Shown here piece after piece: positions 40,528 through 50,547 of a stretch of DNA of 64,000 nucleotides. Source of the stretch: Terriglobia bacterium (GTDB lineage: Bacteria > Acidobacteriota > Terriglobia > JAJPHL01 > JAPKYU01); the NCBI GenBank assembly GCA_965223005.1, contig CBDCVK010000003.1, positions 1 to 64,000 of the forward strand, given 5' to 3'. Each line of letters begins with the position of its first letter. Within the stretch, counting starts at the first letter, position 1. The notes below the pieces were generated by a model, which ran no database searches, had not been told where the DNA came from, and saw only the letters and a program-made list of their open reading frames with translations. The position numbers and the translations under genes are program-made.

Positions 40528-42756
40528 ATGAAGATGCTCAGGACAGCGGTGCGACTTCTGACGGCTGCGGACCGGCCCGCCTTGCTGGGGGCTGCAGCGG
40601 TGGTGATTTACGCGGCAATGGCTGGCTTCCGCACCATCTCCAGCCACGATCTGTTCTGGCAGCTTCGCGACGCGCGGTATCTGGTGGAAACCGGCAACAT
40701 TGTCCGCCGCGACGTCTTCTCCTACACCGCCACGGGACAGCCCTGGATGTACCCGCAGGGGGCGGGTTTGCTTTTCTACGGCCTTTACTGCCTGGGAGGC
40801 TATGTCGCGGTTTCGCTGCTTGGCCTTGTCACCTGCGCGGCTACGACCGCGACACTGCTGGCTGTTCGCCCCGGGGTGCTGGCGGCTGCGTTGGTGGGTC
40901 TCGCTGTTCCCCAGATTGCCATGCGCACGGTCGCTTGGGCGGAAATGTTCACCATTCTTTTTTTTGCGCTTTTCCTCGTCCTGTTGTTCCGTGGAGTGGC
41001 AGAGAAATACCTGTGGCTGTTGCCCCTGCTCATGGCGGTCTGGGTCAATCTACACCCTGGCTTTCTCGCCGGCTTCGGACTAATAGCGTTGTTTCTAGTG
41101 GGGGCATGGCTGACTGGCGCCCCGGCGCGAAAGCTGGCATACATCGGCGTCTTGTGCCTTTTAGCCACTTTCCTGAACCCATTTGGTCCCGGGATCTGGC
41201 AGATTCCTTGGCGACAGGCGCAGGGACATTGGCTGTATCAAAGGATGGTCATTCATTGGTGGCCTTCGTCGTGGAGCTGGTGGCGGCTTGAGGAGCTGTT
41301 GCAATGGCGGGACCCGAGTGGGGCCTACTGGGTGCTTCTCTTCGTAGGTTTCGTGGCTGCTTGCTTAGGGCTATGGAAAAAAAGGTGGGATTTAGTGGTC
41401 TTGCTTGCGGGAGTTGCCGCAACCTCTCTTTATTCACAGCGCTTTCAGGTGTTGCTGGCGGTGACGGTGGCTGCTTGCGTGCCCGGACTGGCCGCAGGTC
41501 CCCAGATTCGCCGCGGCTTGCGGTGGGCTGCGGTCGCAACGTTGATCTTTCTTGTCACGGTACGCGTCTCCGACTTGGCCAGCAATCGCCATTACTTTAG
41601 CCGCGGAACCCAAGCCACCTTCGGCGCTGGGCTCTCCTACGTGTTCCCGCAGCGGGCAGCAGAGTTTGTACTGAGAGAGCGACTCCCGGGCCGCCTGCTG
41701 CACGATCTGCCTTCAGGAGACTACCTGAGCTGGAAGCTGGGCCCCGGCTACCCCATCTTCATTGACGGACGTACCGTTCCTTTCGGCACCGAACTGGTGC
41801 GAGAACATGCAGGCGCTCTGCGGCTCCCGCCAGATTCGCCGGAATGGCAAGCGTTCGCCGACCGCTGGGGCATCCAGACGGTGTTCCTGGGCATCGGATG
41901 GAACCGCGAGCCGCTTCGCAGGTTCTGTGAGACTCCCAACGTCCATCTGGTTTATCTGGATGCGGTTTCGGCTGTCTTCTTGCGCGACGGACCTGCCACC
42001 CGGCCCTGGACCGAAAGGCTGGGGAAGAGTTGCAACCAGGTGATCCTTCCGGCTCCACTCCCTGGCGATCCGGCATATGTTTTCCACCGACAGGCGGCGA
42101 GGCTCTATTTTGAACTGGGTCGCCATACGGAAGCCTGGTCGGCGGTCGAGCAGGCACGAAGAGATTTCGCGGGGGATCCCGAGCTGTTTGTTCAGGCGGG
42201 ATTGATTCTGGCGGCGTTAGGGAAACCAGCAGAGGCCCGGCGCGAGCTGCTAGCGGGCACCGCCTTGCCGGGAAGCAGCCGCGTCTGGTTTATCCTTGGG
42301 CTCCTCGAACGGGAAGCGGGGCGACACAAGGAAGCTATCCGGGCCCTGGAGCGGGCCACGCGGACGGGCGCCCTCCCCCACGAGGCCTACCGCTTGATCG
42401 CGGAAAGCCGGCTGGCGCTCGGGCAGCCGCGGCAGGCGCTCGTTTGGTTTGAGCGCGCTTTGCGGTCCCGTCAGGCGGAGGCCGCTCGCTACATTCTCGG
42501 GGCGGCTTTCGTGGCGTCGGTCCACGTGGGAGAGGCTCGGGCGAAATTTGCGCTCGGAGACGCTACCGGAACGGAGGGTTCGCTGCGGGCTGCCGTGGAG
42601 GCTTTCCCGAGCAATGCACAGTTGCACCTGATGCTGGCGGAGTTTTATGCCGGGCAGGGACAAACAGCGCAGGCGCTGGCAGCGCTGCAGCAAGCGCAGT
42701 CACTGGGCGCTTCCGGGCCTATGTTAGAGGTCCTTCAGAATCGTTTGCACCAGTGA
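40528..42756 (+). CDS. GT-C-like membrane protein with C-terminal TPR repeats
   Basis: DLFWQL..DVFSYT..W, WVNLHPGF, LNPFG, FIDGRT, followed by TPR-like helices. Confidence 0.7.
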   Translation: MKMLRTAVRLLTAADRPALLGAAAVVIYAAMAGFRTISSHDLFWQLRDARYLVETGNIVRRDVFSYTATGQPWMYPQGAGLLFYGLYCLGGYVAVSLLGLVTCAATTATLLAVRPGVLAAALVGLAVPQIAMRTVAWAEMFTILFFALFLVLLFRGVAEKYLWLLPLLMAVWVNLHPGFLAGFGLIALFLVGAWLTGAPARKLAYIGVLCLLATFLNPFGPGIWQIPWRQAQGHWLYQRMVIHWWPSSWSWWRLEELLQWRDPSGAYWVLLFVGFVAACLGLWKKRWDLVVLLAGVAATSLYSQRFQVLLAVTVAACVPGLAAGPQIRRGLRWAAVATLIFLVTVRVSDLASNRHYFSRGTQATFGAGLSYVFPQRAAEFVLRERLPGRLLHDLPSGDYLSWKLGPGYPIFIDGRTVPFGTELVREHAGALRLPPDSPEWQAFADRWGIQTVFLGIGWNREPLRRFCETPNVHLVYLDAVSAVFLRDGPATRPWTERLGKSCNQVILPAPLPGDPAYVFHRQAARLYFELGRHTEAWSAVEQARRDFAGDPELFVQAGLILAALGKPAEARRELLAGTALPGSSRVWFILGLLEREAGRHKEAIRALERATRTGALPHEAYRLIAESRLALGQPRQALVWFERALRSRQAEAARYILGAAFVASVHVGEARAKFALGDATGTEGSLRAAVEAFPSNAQLHLMLAEFYAGQGQTAQALAALQQAQSLGASGPMLEVLQNRLHQ

Positions 42757-42865
42757 CCAAGCAGTTCGGAGGGCCCCAGGCCCCTCAGTCGGCCGGACCA
42801 TCCCCGGTAACCTGTGACTTCCGGCGCACGTCTATCACTATGTAGGGGCGGTAAAGGGCCGAGTC

Positions 42866-43615
42866 ATGGGAGTAAGAACACCGGGGAGAAAAACCCCACC
42901 CTACGGGGCCAGTCGTAGCCAGAACCCTCCAGATCCCGTCAAGGGAACAACTTCCGACCCGTATCTGAGTAAGGGACCGGCAAGCGGTGAGCGAGCGAAA
43001 TCGCCTGCCTTCCGAAGGCCAGGGCTAGTACCCATCAAGACGGCACCTGGCGCGGTAGATGAGCAAGCTGCGATTGCCGCCGGCAGGCGGCTGCTTCGCA
43101 AAAACCTGCTGGCAGCCGGCGGCACCGGAGCCGTGCTGCTGGCCAGCGGCCTGTTCGCTTGGGGACACTGGCCGCTCGGCCTGTTGCTGGGCATCCTGTA
43201 CTCAAACGCCTTTGAATACCTCTACCACCGGTTCCTTCTCCACAGCGAGTCCGGACGCTTCAGCGAGCGGCACCAACACCACCACGATGCGTTCGGGCAA
43301 CCAGACGAGGCCCTGCACATCACCTTCGGTGACTCGCCCAAGGCTGTAGGCCTGCTGATCATGGTCAACAGCTTACCGTTTGCTCTGCTAGATAGATTGG
43401 GAGTGGGCATCGGCGCCGGCGTGGTGGTCGGCTTTGTTGCCTACTATGCGCTTTACGAGGAGATTCACTGGCGCATGCATCTGGGCGGTCTGCCCCGGCG
43501 ACTGGAGTGGATGAGAAGGCACCACCTCGCCCATCACAAGGGCAGCCCGCGCTGCTACAACGTCTTCTTGCCAATCTTCGACACCCTTCTCGGTTGGACC
43601 GACCGCACTGCGTAG
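42866..43615 (+). CDS. Fatty-acid hydroxylase/sterol desaturase family protein
   Basis: EYLYHRFLLH, HQHHH, HWRMH, HLAHH, YNV..P.FD; start uncertain. Confidence 0.8.
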   Translation: MGVRTPGRKTPPYGASRSQNPPDPVKGTTSDPYLSKGPASGERAKSPAFRRPGLVPIKTAPGAVDEQAAIAAGRRLLRKNLLAAGGTGAVLLASGLFAWGHWPLGLLLGILYSNAFEYLYHRFLLHSESGRFSERHQHHHDAFGQPDEALHITFGDSPKAVGLLIMVNSLPFALLDRLGVGIGAGVVVGFVAYYALYEEIHWRMHLGGLPRRLEWMRRHHLAHHKGSPRCYNVFLPIFDTLLGWTDRTA

Positions 43616-43720
43616 TCTCGCTCCACCGCAGAAAGCGGAACAGCTGAACCAGCCACAAGACAGTTTGCAAGGTGGAAATTCACTGCTGGTCGCGGGCGCG
43701 CCTCCACGTTCCTGTGCGCC

Positions 43721-46282
43721 TCAGGCGGCGGCTTCCTTAAAACTGCACTCTTCGTTCGGACAGACTTTCATCGTGCCCCGCGCCTTGGTGGTCTTTTCCA
43801 GCAGGTAGTTTGAACCGCACTGCGGGCAGCGCTCCGACAGCGGACGGTTCCAGGTGACGAAGTCGCAGTCGGGGTAGCGGGAGCACCCGTAGAAGATCTT
43901 GCCGCGTTTGGAGCGTCGCTCGACCACTTCACCGCCGCAGCCGGTTTTCGGACAGGCGACGCCTACGGTCTTCGGCTTCACGTACTTGCAGGCGGGATAC
44001 TTGCTGCACGCCGTGAACTCGCCGTAGCGACCGTGCCGCAGCACCATCTGTGAGCTGCAGCGCGGGCAATTCTCCTCCAGCGGTATGTCCGGCTTCTTCT
44101 CCGCCTGACCAATTTGGCGCGTCGTTTTGCAATCTGGGTAGCCGGTGCAAGCTAGGAACTGGCCAAAGCGTCCGCGTTTGAGAGTCATCGGACGCCCGCA
44201 GTTGCCGCAGTGGCCGTACTGGTCGGCCTCGGCCTCGGGAGTCTCGGCCGTCTCTGGGTCGGACAACTCCGGTGCCAGCTCGCGTGTCGAGGTGCACTCG
44301 GGATAGCCGGTGCAAGCAATGAAGCGACCATGCCGGCCCCATCGGATGATCATCGGCTTGCCGCACAGTTCACAGATCAGGTCTGTGGGCTGCTCCAGGC
44401 GCTTCAAGTCCTTCATGTCACGCTGGGCGCGCTCCAGATCCTTTTCGAACTTTCCGTAAAAGCCGCGCAGCGCCTCCTGCCAGGCCAGTTTGCCCTCCTC
44501 GATCTCGTCCAGCTCCTCTTCCATCCGCGCGGTATAGTGCAGATCAAAGATGTCGCCGAAGTGCTCCACCAGCAGGTCGCTCACCACCATGCCTACTTCG
44601 GTGGGAAAAAACTTGTTCTGCCGCTTCTCGACGTACTCCCGGTCCTGGATCGTGCTGAGGATGTTGGCGTAGGTGGAAGGCCGACCGATGCCCTTCTCCT
44701 CCAGTTCCTTAACCAGGGTGGCCTCGTTGTAGCGTGGTGGCGGCTCGGTAAAGTGCTGCTCCGGGGTGATCTTCAGTGCCTTCAGCACCTCCCCTTGGCT
44801 GACCAGCGGCAGCTTGTGTTTCATCTCCTCGTCTTCCTCGTCCTTAACGTCCTTGCCTTCCTGGTAGACCTTGAGGAAGCCGTCGAACTTGAGCACCGAC
44901 CCGGTGGCGCGGAACAGGAAATCGCCGGTGCGCACGTCAATCCCCGTATGGTCAAACACTGCGGGGTTCATCTGCGAGGCAACGAGGCGCTGCCAGATCA
45001 GCCGGTAGAGCTTCAGCTCATCTTCACCAAGGTACTTGGCGATCAGATCTGGGGTGCGCAGTACTGATGTGGGCCGAATGGCTTCGTGCGCGTCCTGCGC
45101 GCCCTTCTTGCTCTTGTACACCACCGGCGCGGCTGGCAGGTAGGCGGCGCCGTACTCCGTCCGCGCGAACTCGCGCGCCTCAGCTAGCGCGTCGGCCCCT
45201 ACCCGGGTCGAGTCCGTCCGCATGTAGGTGATCAGCCCGACGCTGCCCTCCGGCCCCAGCTCCATGCCTTCGTAGAGACGCTGGGCCAGCATCATGGTGC
45301 GCTTGGCGCTGAAGCGCAGCTTGCGCGACGCCTCCTGCTGCAGCTTGGAGGTGATGAAGGGGGCAACCGGGTGGCGGCGCTTCTCGCGCTGGCTCACCGA
45401 GTGGACGACAAACGGCTCGGCGCGCAGCGACTCCTCCAACGCTTGCGACTGCTCCTGGTTGGGGATTTCCAAGTCGGCAAGTTGTAACCGACCGTCTTCG
45501 CCGACCCCGGTGATCCGTTTGACCAGCCGGGCATCGAACACCGGAGGGGTCTTGGCCTGGAGGTGCGCGTCAATCGTCCAGTATTCCCTTTTCTGGAAGG
45601 CGCGAATTTCGCGCTCGCGCTCCACAACCAGCCGCAGGGCCACCGACTGCACCCGCCCGGCCGAGAGTCCTCGACGCACCCTGTCCCAGAGCAGAGGGCT
45701 GATCTGGTATCCGACCAGGCGGTCCAGAATCCGGCGGGCCTGCTGCGCCGCCACCAGGTGCTCGTCAATCTGAGTAGGATTGCGGAAGGCCTGCTCGATT
45801 CCCTTTTGTGTAATCTCGTTAAACAGCACCCGGTGGACAGGCTTGTGGTTTCCCAGTTCCTCGGCCAAGTGCTCGCAGATCGCTTCCCCTTCGCGGTCCG
45901 GGTCGGCCGCCAGGTAAATCGCCGAAGCCTGCCGGGCCGCCTGTTTCAATTCCTGGACCACCTTTTGCTTGGTGGGTATCACCTCGTAGACCGGTTCGAA
46001 GTCCTTCTCCAAGTTGACGCCCAGAGTTTTCTTAGGCAAGTCCTTGATGTGGCCCAGCGAAGCTTTCACCAGAAATTTGGGACCCAGATACTTGTTGATG
46101 GTCCTGGCCTTGGCGGGCGATTCCACCACTACCAGCGATTTGCCCGAGGCGCGAGCGGCAACGCGCGGTTCTTCAGTTTTCCTTTCGCCTGTGCCCTTAG
46201 CCGCCCGCGCTGTCTTGGCTGTCTTTGTGGCCTTGGTCGAGCGCGTCGTCTTGGCTTTTTTCGTGACCTTTTTCTTCGCCAT
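43721..46282 (-). CDS. topA: DNA topoisomerase I
   Basis: VESPAKA, DPDREGE, SAGRVQS, ITYMRTDS, GIGRPSTY, multiple C4 zinc ribbons. Confidence 0.97.
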   Translation of the reverse strand: MAKKKVTKKAKTTRSTKATKTAKTARAAKGTGERKTEEPRVAARASGKSLVVVESPAKARTINKYLGPKFLVKASLGHIKDLPKKTLGVNLEKDFEPVYEVIPTKQKVVQELKQAARQASAIYLAADPDREGEAICEHLAEELGNHKPVHRVLFNEITQKGIEQAFRNPTQIDEHLVAAQQARRILDRLVGYQISPLLWDRVRRGLSAGRVQSVALRLVVEREREIRAFQKREYWTIDAHLQAKTPPVFDARLVKRITGVGEDGRLQLADLEIPNQEQSQALEESLRAEPFVVHSVSQREKRRHPVAPFITSKLQQEASRKLRFSAKRTMMLAQRLYEGMELGPEGSVGLITYMRTDSTRVGADALAEAREFARTEYGAAYLPAAPVVYKSKKGAQDAHEAIRPTSVLRTPDLIAKYLGEDELKLYRLIWQRLVASQMNPAVFDHTGIDVRTGDFLFRATGSVLKFDGFLKVYQEGKDVKDEEDEEMKHKLPLVSQGEVLKALKITPEQHFTEPPPRYNEATLVKELEEKGIGRPSTYANILSTIQDREYVEKRQNKFFPTEVGMVVSDLLVEHFGDIFDLHYTARMEEELDEIEEGKLAWQEALRGFYGKFEKDLERAQRDMKDLKRLEQPTDLICELCGKPMIIRWGRHGRFIACTGYPECTSTRELAPELSDPETAETPEAEADQYGHCGNCGRPMTLKRGRFGQFLACTGYPDCKTTRQIGQAEKKPDIPLEENCPRCSSQMVLRHGRYGEFTACSKYPACKYVKPKTVGVACPKTGCGGEVVERRSKRGKIFYGCSRYPDCDFVTWNRPLSERCPQCGSNYLLEKTTKARGTMKVCPNEECSFKEAAA

Positions 46283-46289
46283 CTGTTTC

Positions 46290-47447
46290 CTATAACAACT
46301 TAACAAAATTCTTTCCCGGCAACTGCCGAATGCGCCCTTTCAGCTCTAATTCAAGAAGCGACGCTAAGATTTCCGGAGACGTAAAGCGGGGCATGGCATC
46401 GAGCAGAGCGTCAATGTGTGCTGACTCGTCCACGCGGAGCACTTCGTAGAGCGCCTGCTCGATCTCCGACAGCGACTCAGTGAATAAAGACGCGGCAGGG
46501 GCCTCCCCGGATTCAGAAACTGGGGCGGCCAGCAGGCTCTGGCGGGCCTTAGCCGGCAGCTCCTCAATGACGTCCTTCCAGTCCTGCACCAACTTGGCGC
46601 CCTGTTTGATGAGGGTATTGGGTCCCCAACTGTACTTGGTGGTGATGTTGCCCGGCACGGCGAACACCTCGCGATTCTGCTCCATGGCCAGTCGCGCGGT
46701 GATCAGCGAGCCGCTGTATTGCGCCGCCTCCACCACCATCACTCCCAGCGAAAGGCCGCTGATGATGCGGTTGCGGATGGGGAAGTTCTGGGGCGCAGCA
46801 AACGTGCCCAGGGGGAATTCGCTGATCACCACTCCTTTTTGCTCGATTTCCGCCTTCAATTTCTTATTTTCTCTGGGATAGCAGACGTCCATGCCACAGC
46901 CTAGCACGGCAATCGTTTTACCGTTGGCCGACAGCGCGCCCCGGTGTGCCGCACTGTCAATGCCGCGGGCCATCCCGCTGGCAATCGCCAGGCCGCGCCC
47001 TGCCAAGTCGGCGGCCAGCCGCTCGGCGACGGCGCTACCGTAGGGCGTCGGCTTGCGCGAACCCACAATAGCCAGACATAGCTGGGACAGCAGTGTGACA
47101 TCGCCCTGCGCGTACAACAGCACCGGCGGTTCGAAAATCTCTTTGAGGGCTGGCGGGTATCGCGGGTCCAGGAAGGTAACCAATTCGTAACCTAGTTGCG
47201 CTACCTTCGCCGCTTCTTTCGCCGCCGCCTCAAAAGCTGCGCCGCTGCCCAGGTTCTGCGCCACGAGCGGCGGAATCCCCCGCGCCTGGAGTTCCGTCGG
47301 TGAGGTGCGGAAAATCTCCCGCGGATGACCGAACGCTTCCACCAGCCGCGCCGCCAGGCGCGTGCCCACGCCTGGCGCCAGCTTCAGTGCCAGCCAGTAG
47401 AGCGCCTCTTCGTCAGATCGCACGACCGCTGCTGACTTTTCAGACAC
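46290..47447 (-). CDS. dprA: DNA-processing protein DprA
   Basis: IVGSRK, SGMARGID, FPIRNRIISGLS, SGSLITA. Confidence 0.95.
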   Translation of the reverse strand: MSEKSAAVVRSDEEALYWLALKLAPGVGTRLAARLVEAFGHPREIFRTSPTELQARGIPPLVAQNLGSGAAFEAAAKEAAKVAQLGYELVTFLDPRYPPALKEIFEPPVLLYAQGDVTLLSQLCLAIVGSRKPTPYGSAVAERLAADLAGRGLAIASGMARGIDSAAHRGALSANGKTIAVLGCGMDVCYPRENKKLKAEIEQKGVVISEFPLGTFAAPQNFPIRNRIISGLSLGVMVVEAAQYSGSLITARLAMEQNREVFAVPGNITTKYSWGPNTLIKQGAKLVQDWKDVIEELPAKARQSLLAAPVSESGEAPAASLFTESLSEIEQALYEVLRVDESAHIDALLDAMPRFTSPEILASLLELELKGRIRQLPGKNFVKLL

Positions 47448-47592
47448 AGCCCTTCCCACTCGCTTCGTACGCGCAGCGCTTCGTTCGGTTTCCTGTCTTC
47501 TGCGGTTGGTAACTCTACCGTTCGCTGAAAGAGTTTGTCAACTTCACCTCTGTGCCACCCGCCCGCTGTCCGCAAAGTTATTCATCTACTGT

Positions 47593-48891
47593 TTATCTGC
47601 GGCGCTCGATCACGGCGGCGAAGAAGCCGTCCAGGTTCTGATCGGGGAAGGTTTCGAGATACTGGCCGCGGAGCAAATCTCGCCCGGTCTCGGTGAGGAA
47701 CTCTGAGGCGCGCTCTGCAATCTGCTCTACCGGCACCAAGAAAAAACCTGAGCGGTCTGCCAGCACTTGCTCGACTACGGCCTGATTTTCTTCCGGCTCT
47801 AGCGAACAGGTGGAGTAGACGAGACGGCCGCCCGGCGCCAGCCAGCTCAGTGCGTTGTCGAGCAACAAGCGTTGCTTGGCCGCCAGCACCTTCAGGTCGC
47901 TTTCCGTAAGACGCCATTTGATCTCCGGATTGCGCCGAATGGTCCCGGTGCCCGAGCAGGGCGCATCCAGCAGAATTCTGTGGAAGGCCACACCGAAGGG
48001 CAATGGGCGTGTGGCATCCAATGCCACACACAACGGCGCATGCCCGCGGCCGGTGCCGGCCAGCTTCTTCACCAGGCGCAGGCGCGCAGGACGCAGGTCG
48101 CAGGCTACCAGTTCTGCCTGCGGAGCCAGTTCCGCTAGCGCCCCCGTTTTCATGCCTGGCGCGGCGCACAGATCCAGCACACGGTCGCCGTCTTGCGGCG
48201 CCATCAGGTGCGGAATGATTTGTGAAGCTTCCTCCTGCACAGGAAAGCGACTCGCAACCCGCTTGACCTCCCCCGTGACGTCCCGGCAGTTGCGAACATA
48301 GCGGCAGGGCTGGCCCACTTTGATGCTTCGGCCTGGGGGAACCCGGATGAACACTGGTGGCGGGTGGTTATTGGCGCGCGCGATGGCTCGCGCTCGCCGC
48401 GGCCCATAATTCCGCGCCCAGCGTTCCAGAAGCCAGCCCGGGTGGGAGAGCTCGATCTGCTGCTTTGCGGATTCCGGCATGTCGGCCGGAAACAGCGATT
48501 CCAGCGGTGCGCGGGCAACCTGCCGCAGCACCGCATTCACCAGCCCAGAGGCCGAGCCTTTGCGGACGCGTTTCACCAGCTCGACGCTTTGTTCCACTGC
48601 GGCCGACGCCGGTATCCGTTCGAGGAAGCGCAACTGGTATATGCCCAGGCGCATCGCGATGCGCACCTCGGGGTCCCAGCGATCTGGCACTTTGCCCGAG
48701 AAATGGGCGGCCAGCCAATCGAGCTGGCCCTGCCAGCGCAGGCAGCCCATGACGAGTTCCTGAGCCAGCCCCCGGTCGGCAGCTGAGAGCTTTTCCGTCC
48801 GCCACGAGTTGAGCAGCTCGGCCGCGTAGCTTTGCTCGCACTCAACGCGAAGAAGAATCTGGAAAGCGACGTGGCGCGCTGGGGTCAGCAT
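47593..48891 (-). CDS. rsmB: 16S rRNA m5C967 methyltransferase
   Basis: NusB-like N-terminus, DLCAAPG.KT, DAPCSGTG, YSTCS. Confidence 0.92.
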   Translation of the reverse strand: MLTPARHVAFQILLRVECEQSYAAELLNSWRTEKLSAADRGLAQELVMGCLRWQGQLDWLAAHFSGKVPDRWDPEVRIAMRLGIYQLRFLERIPASAAVEQSVELVKRVRKGSASGLVNAVLRQVARAPLESLFPADMPESAKQQIELSHPGWLLERWARNYGPRRARAIARANNHPPPVFIRVPPGRSIKVGQPCRYVRNCRDVTGEVKRVASRFPVQEEASQIIPHLMAPQDGDRVLDLCAAPGMKTGALAELAPQAELVACDLRPARLRLVKKLAGTGRGHAPLCVALDATRPLPFGVAFHRILLDAPCSGTGTIRRNPEIKWRLTESDLKVLAAKQRLLLDNALSWLAPGGRLVYSTCSLEPEENQAVVEQVLADRSGFFLVPVEQIAERASEFLTETGRDLLRGQYLETFPDQNLDGFFAAVIERRR

Positions 48892-48970
48892 GAAATTGAT
48901 TGAGCGATGATGGATCTATTGACGAGTGGGGGTTTAAGAATCGAGTCTCAAGCAGCCAGTCGTCAATGAT

Positions 48971-49912
48971 TCAGTGGTCTAAGCCCAGGCGTTCGCCTGG
49001 GCTTATCCGTACCCCGTTCAAAAAATCGGCGGCAGGCAGACGCTGGCGCCCCTCCCGCTGCACCTCGTCAAGCTCCAGCCAGGTGCTCTGGCCACAGGCG
49101 GCCAGCAGGTGCCTACCTTTCACCCGCAGCGTGCCGGGCGGCAGCGAGGCGTGTGGAGGAGTTGTCACCTCTGGGCACGCTCGCCACAGGTGGAGCAAGC
49201 TGCCGCGGAAGGTGGTGAACGCTCCCGGCCAAGACACCAGACCACGCACACGGTTGGCGATGTCGCGTGCCGGCTGGCTCCAATCAATCCGCCCGTCTTC
49301 CTTCTTTAGAATGGGAGCCGAGGTAGCCAGCGCGTGGTTCTGAGGAAGCGGCGTGAGAGTGTCGCGCTCGAGTCCCTCCAGCGTTTCCAACATCAGCGAC
49401 GCGCCGATCTCCGACAGGCGGTGCCCCAGCGAAATCGCGTCCTCCTCGGGTTCGATGGGTGTCTCCCGGGCCAGCAGGATGTCGCCCGTGTCCAGCCCGG
49501 CATCCATGCGCATGGTGGTGACACCTGACACGGTCTCTCCGCGGATGATGGCCCACTGCACCGGAGCCGCGCCCCGGTACCGGGGCAGCAGCGAGGCATG
49601 CAGGTTGATGCAACCGCGCCGTGGCAAGTCCAGGATGTGCTGAGGAAGGATCTTGCCGTAGCCCACCACCACCACTATTTCCGGCTCCAGCGATTTCAGC
49701 AGGCCGAACACTTCCGGAGTCCGGATCCGGGGCGGCTGGTGCACCGGCAGGGCCAGCGCGGCGCGCTTCACCGGGGGTGCCGTCAGCCGGCCGCCTCGTC
49801 CGGCCGGCTGGTCGGGCTGGGTGAAGACGGCGCGGATACCGTGCCCCGCCTCCTGCAGTACACGCAAGGTGGGGAGCGCGAACTCCGGGGTGCCCATGAA
49901 GACCAAGTTCAT
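48971..49912 (-). CDS. fmt: Methionyl-tRNA formyltransferase
   Basis: FMGTPEFA, NLHASLLPRYRGAAP, GLDTGD. Confidence 0.97.
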   Translation of the reverse strand: MNLVFMGTPEFALPTLRVLQEAGHGIRAVFTQPDQPAGRGGRLTAPPVKRAALALPVHQPPRIRTPEVFGLLKSLEPEIVVVVGYGKILPQHILDLPRRGCINLHASLLPRYRGAAPVQWAIIRGETVSGVTTMRMDAGLDTGDILLARETPIEPEEDAISLGHRLSEIGASLMLETLEGLERDTLTPLPQNHALATSAPILKKEDGRIDWSQPARDIANRVRGLVSWPGAFTTFRGSLLHLWRACPEVTTPPHASLPPGTLRVKGRHLLAACGQSTWLELDEVQREGRQRLPAADFLNGVRISPGERLGLDH

Positions 49913-50016
49913 TGCCAGGTACGAGATGCCAGGTGCTATGTGTCAGGTACCGGGTTATCAGGTGCCAGTTGTCTTGGAAGCTTGAACCTTAAATCTGGAA
50001 TCTGAAACCTGGTTTC
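49913..50016. repeat. Degenerate heptamer (TGCCAGG/TGTCAGG ... CTGAAAC/CCTGG) intergenic hairpin repeat
   Basis: Direct reading between fmt and def. Confidence 0.55.
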
Positions 50017-50526
50017 CTACCATTCGCCCGCGCGCATTAATTTGCGCACCTTGCGCTTGATCAGATCGCGGCGGAGGGAGCCAAGGTGCGAAATGAAGAG
50101 GCGGCCGTTCAGGTGGTCGGTTTCATGGCACAAGGCGCGGGCCAGCAGGTCTTCTCCGGTCAACTCGAACCATTCCCCTTTCAGGGTTTGGGCCCTGACC
50201 ACGGCCTTCTTGGGGCGAGTGAGCGCAGCGCGAAAGGTGGGCAGGCTTAGGCATCCCTCCTCCAGGCTGTGCTTGCCCTCCGTGCGCAGGATCGTCGGGT
50301 TGCAGAGCACCAGTTTGGCCTGCCGGTCTTCGCCGGAGGTGAGGTCCACCACAGCGAGGCGCCGCCCGATGCCGATCTGCGGCGCAGCCAGCCCCACGCC
50401 GTGCGCCGCGTACATGGACTCAAACATGTCCTCGGCCAGCTTGGCCAGATCTGCATTGAACTCGGTGACCGGACCCGCAGCACGTTCCAGCACGGGATCA
50501 CCGTATTTCACGATCTTGTAAATCAA
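50017..50526 (-). CDS. def: Peptide deformylase
   Basis: GVGLAAPQIG, EGCLS, HETDHLNG. Confidence 0.97.
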   Translation of the reverse strand: MIYKIVKYGDPVLERAAGPVTEFNADLAKLAEDMFESMYAAHGVGLAAPQIGIGRRLAVVDLTSGEDRQAKLVLCNPTILRTEGKHSLEEGCLSLPTFRAALTRPKKAVVRAQTLKGEWFELTGEDLLARALCHETDHLNGRLFISHLGSLRRDLIKRKVRKLMRAGEW

Positions 50527-50547
50527 CTGATCGCTCCGAACCGTGAT

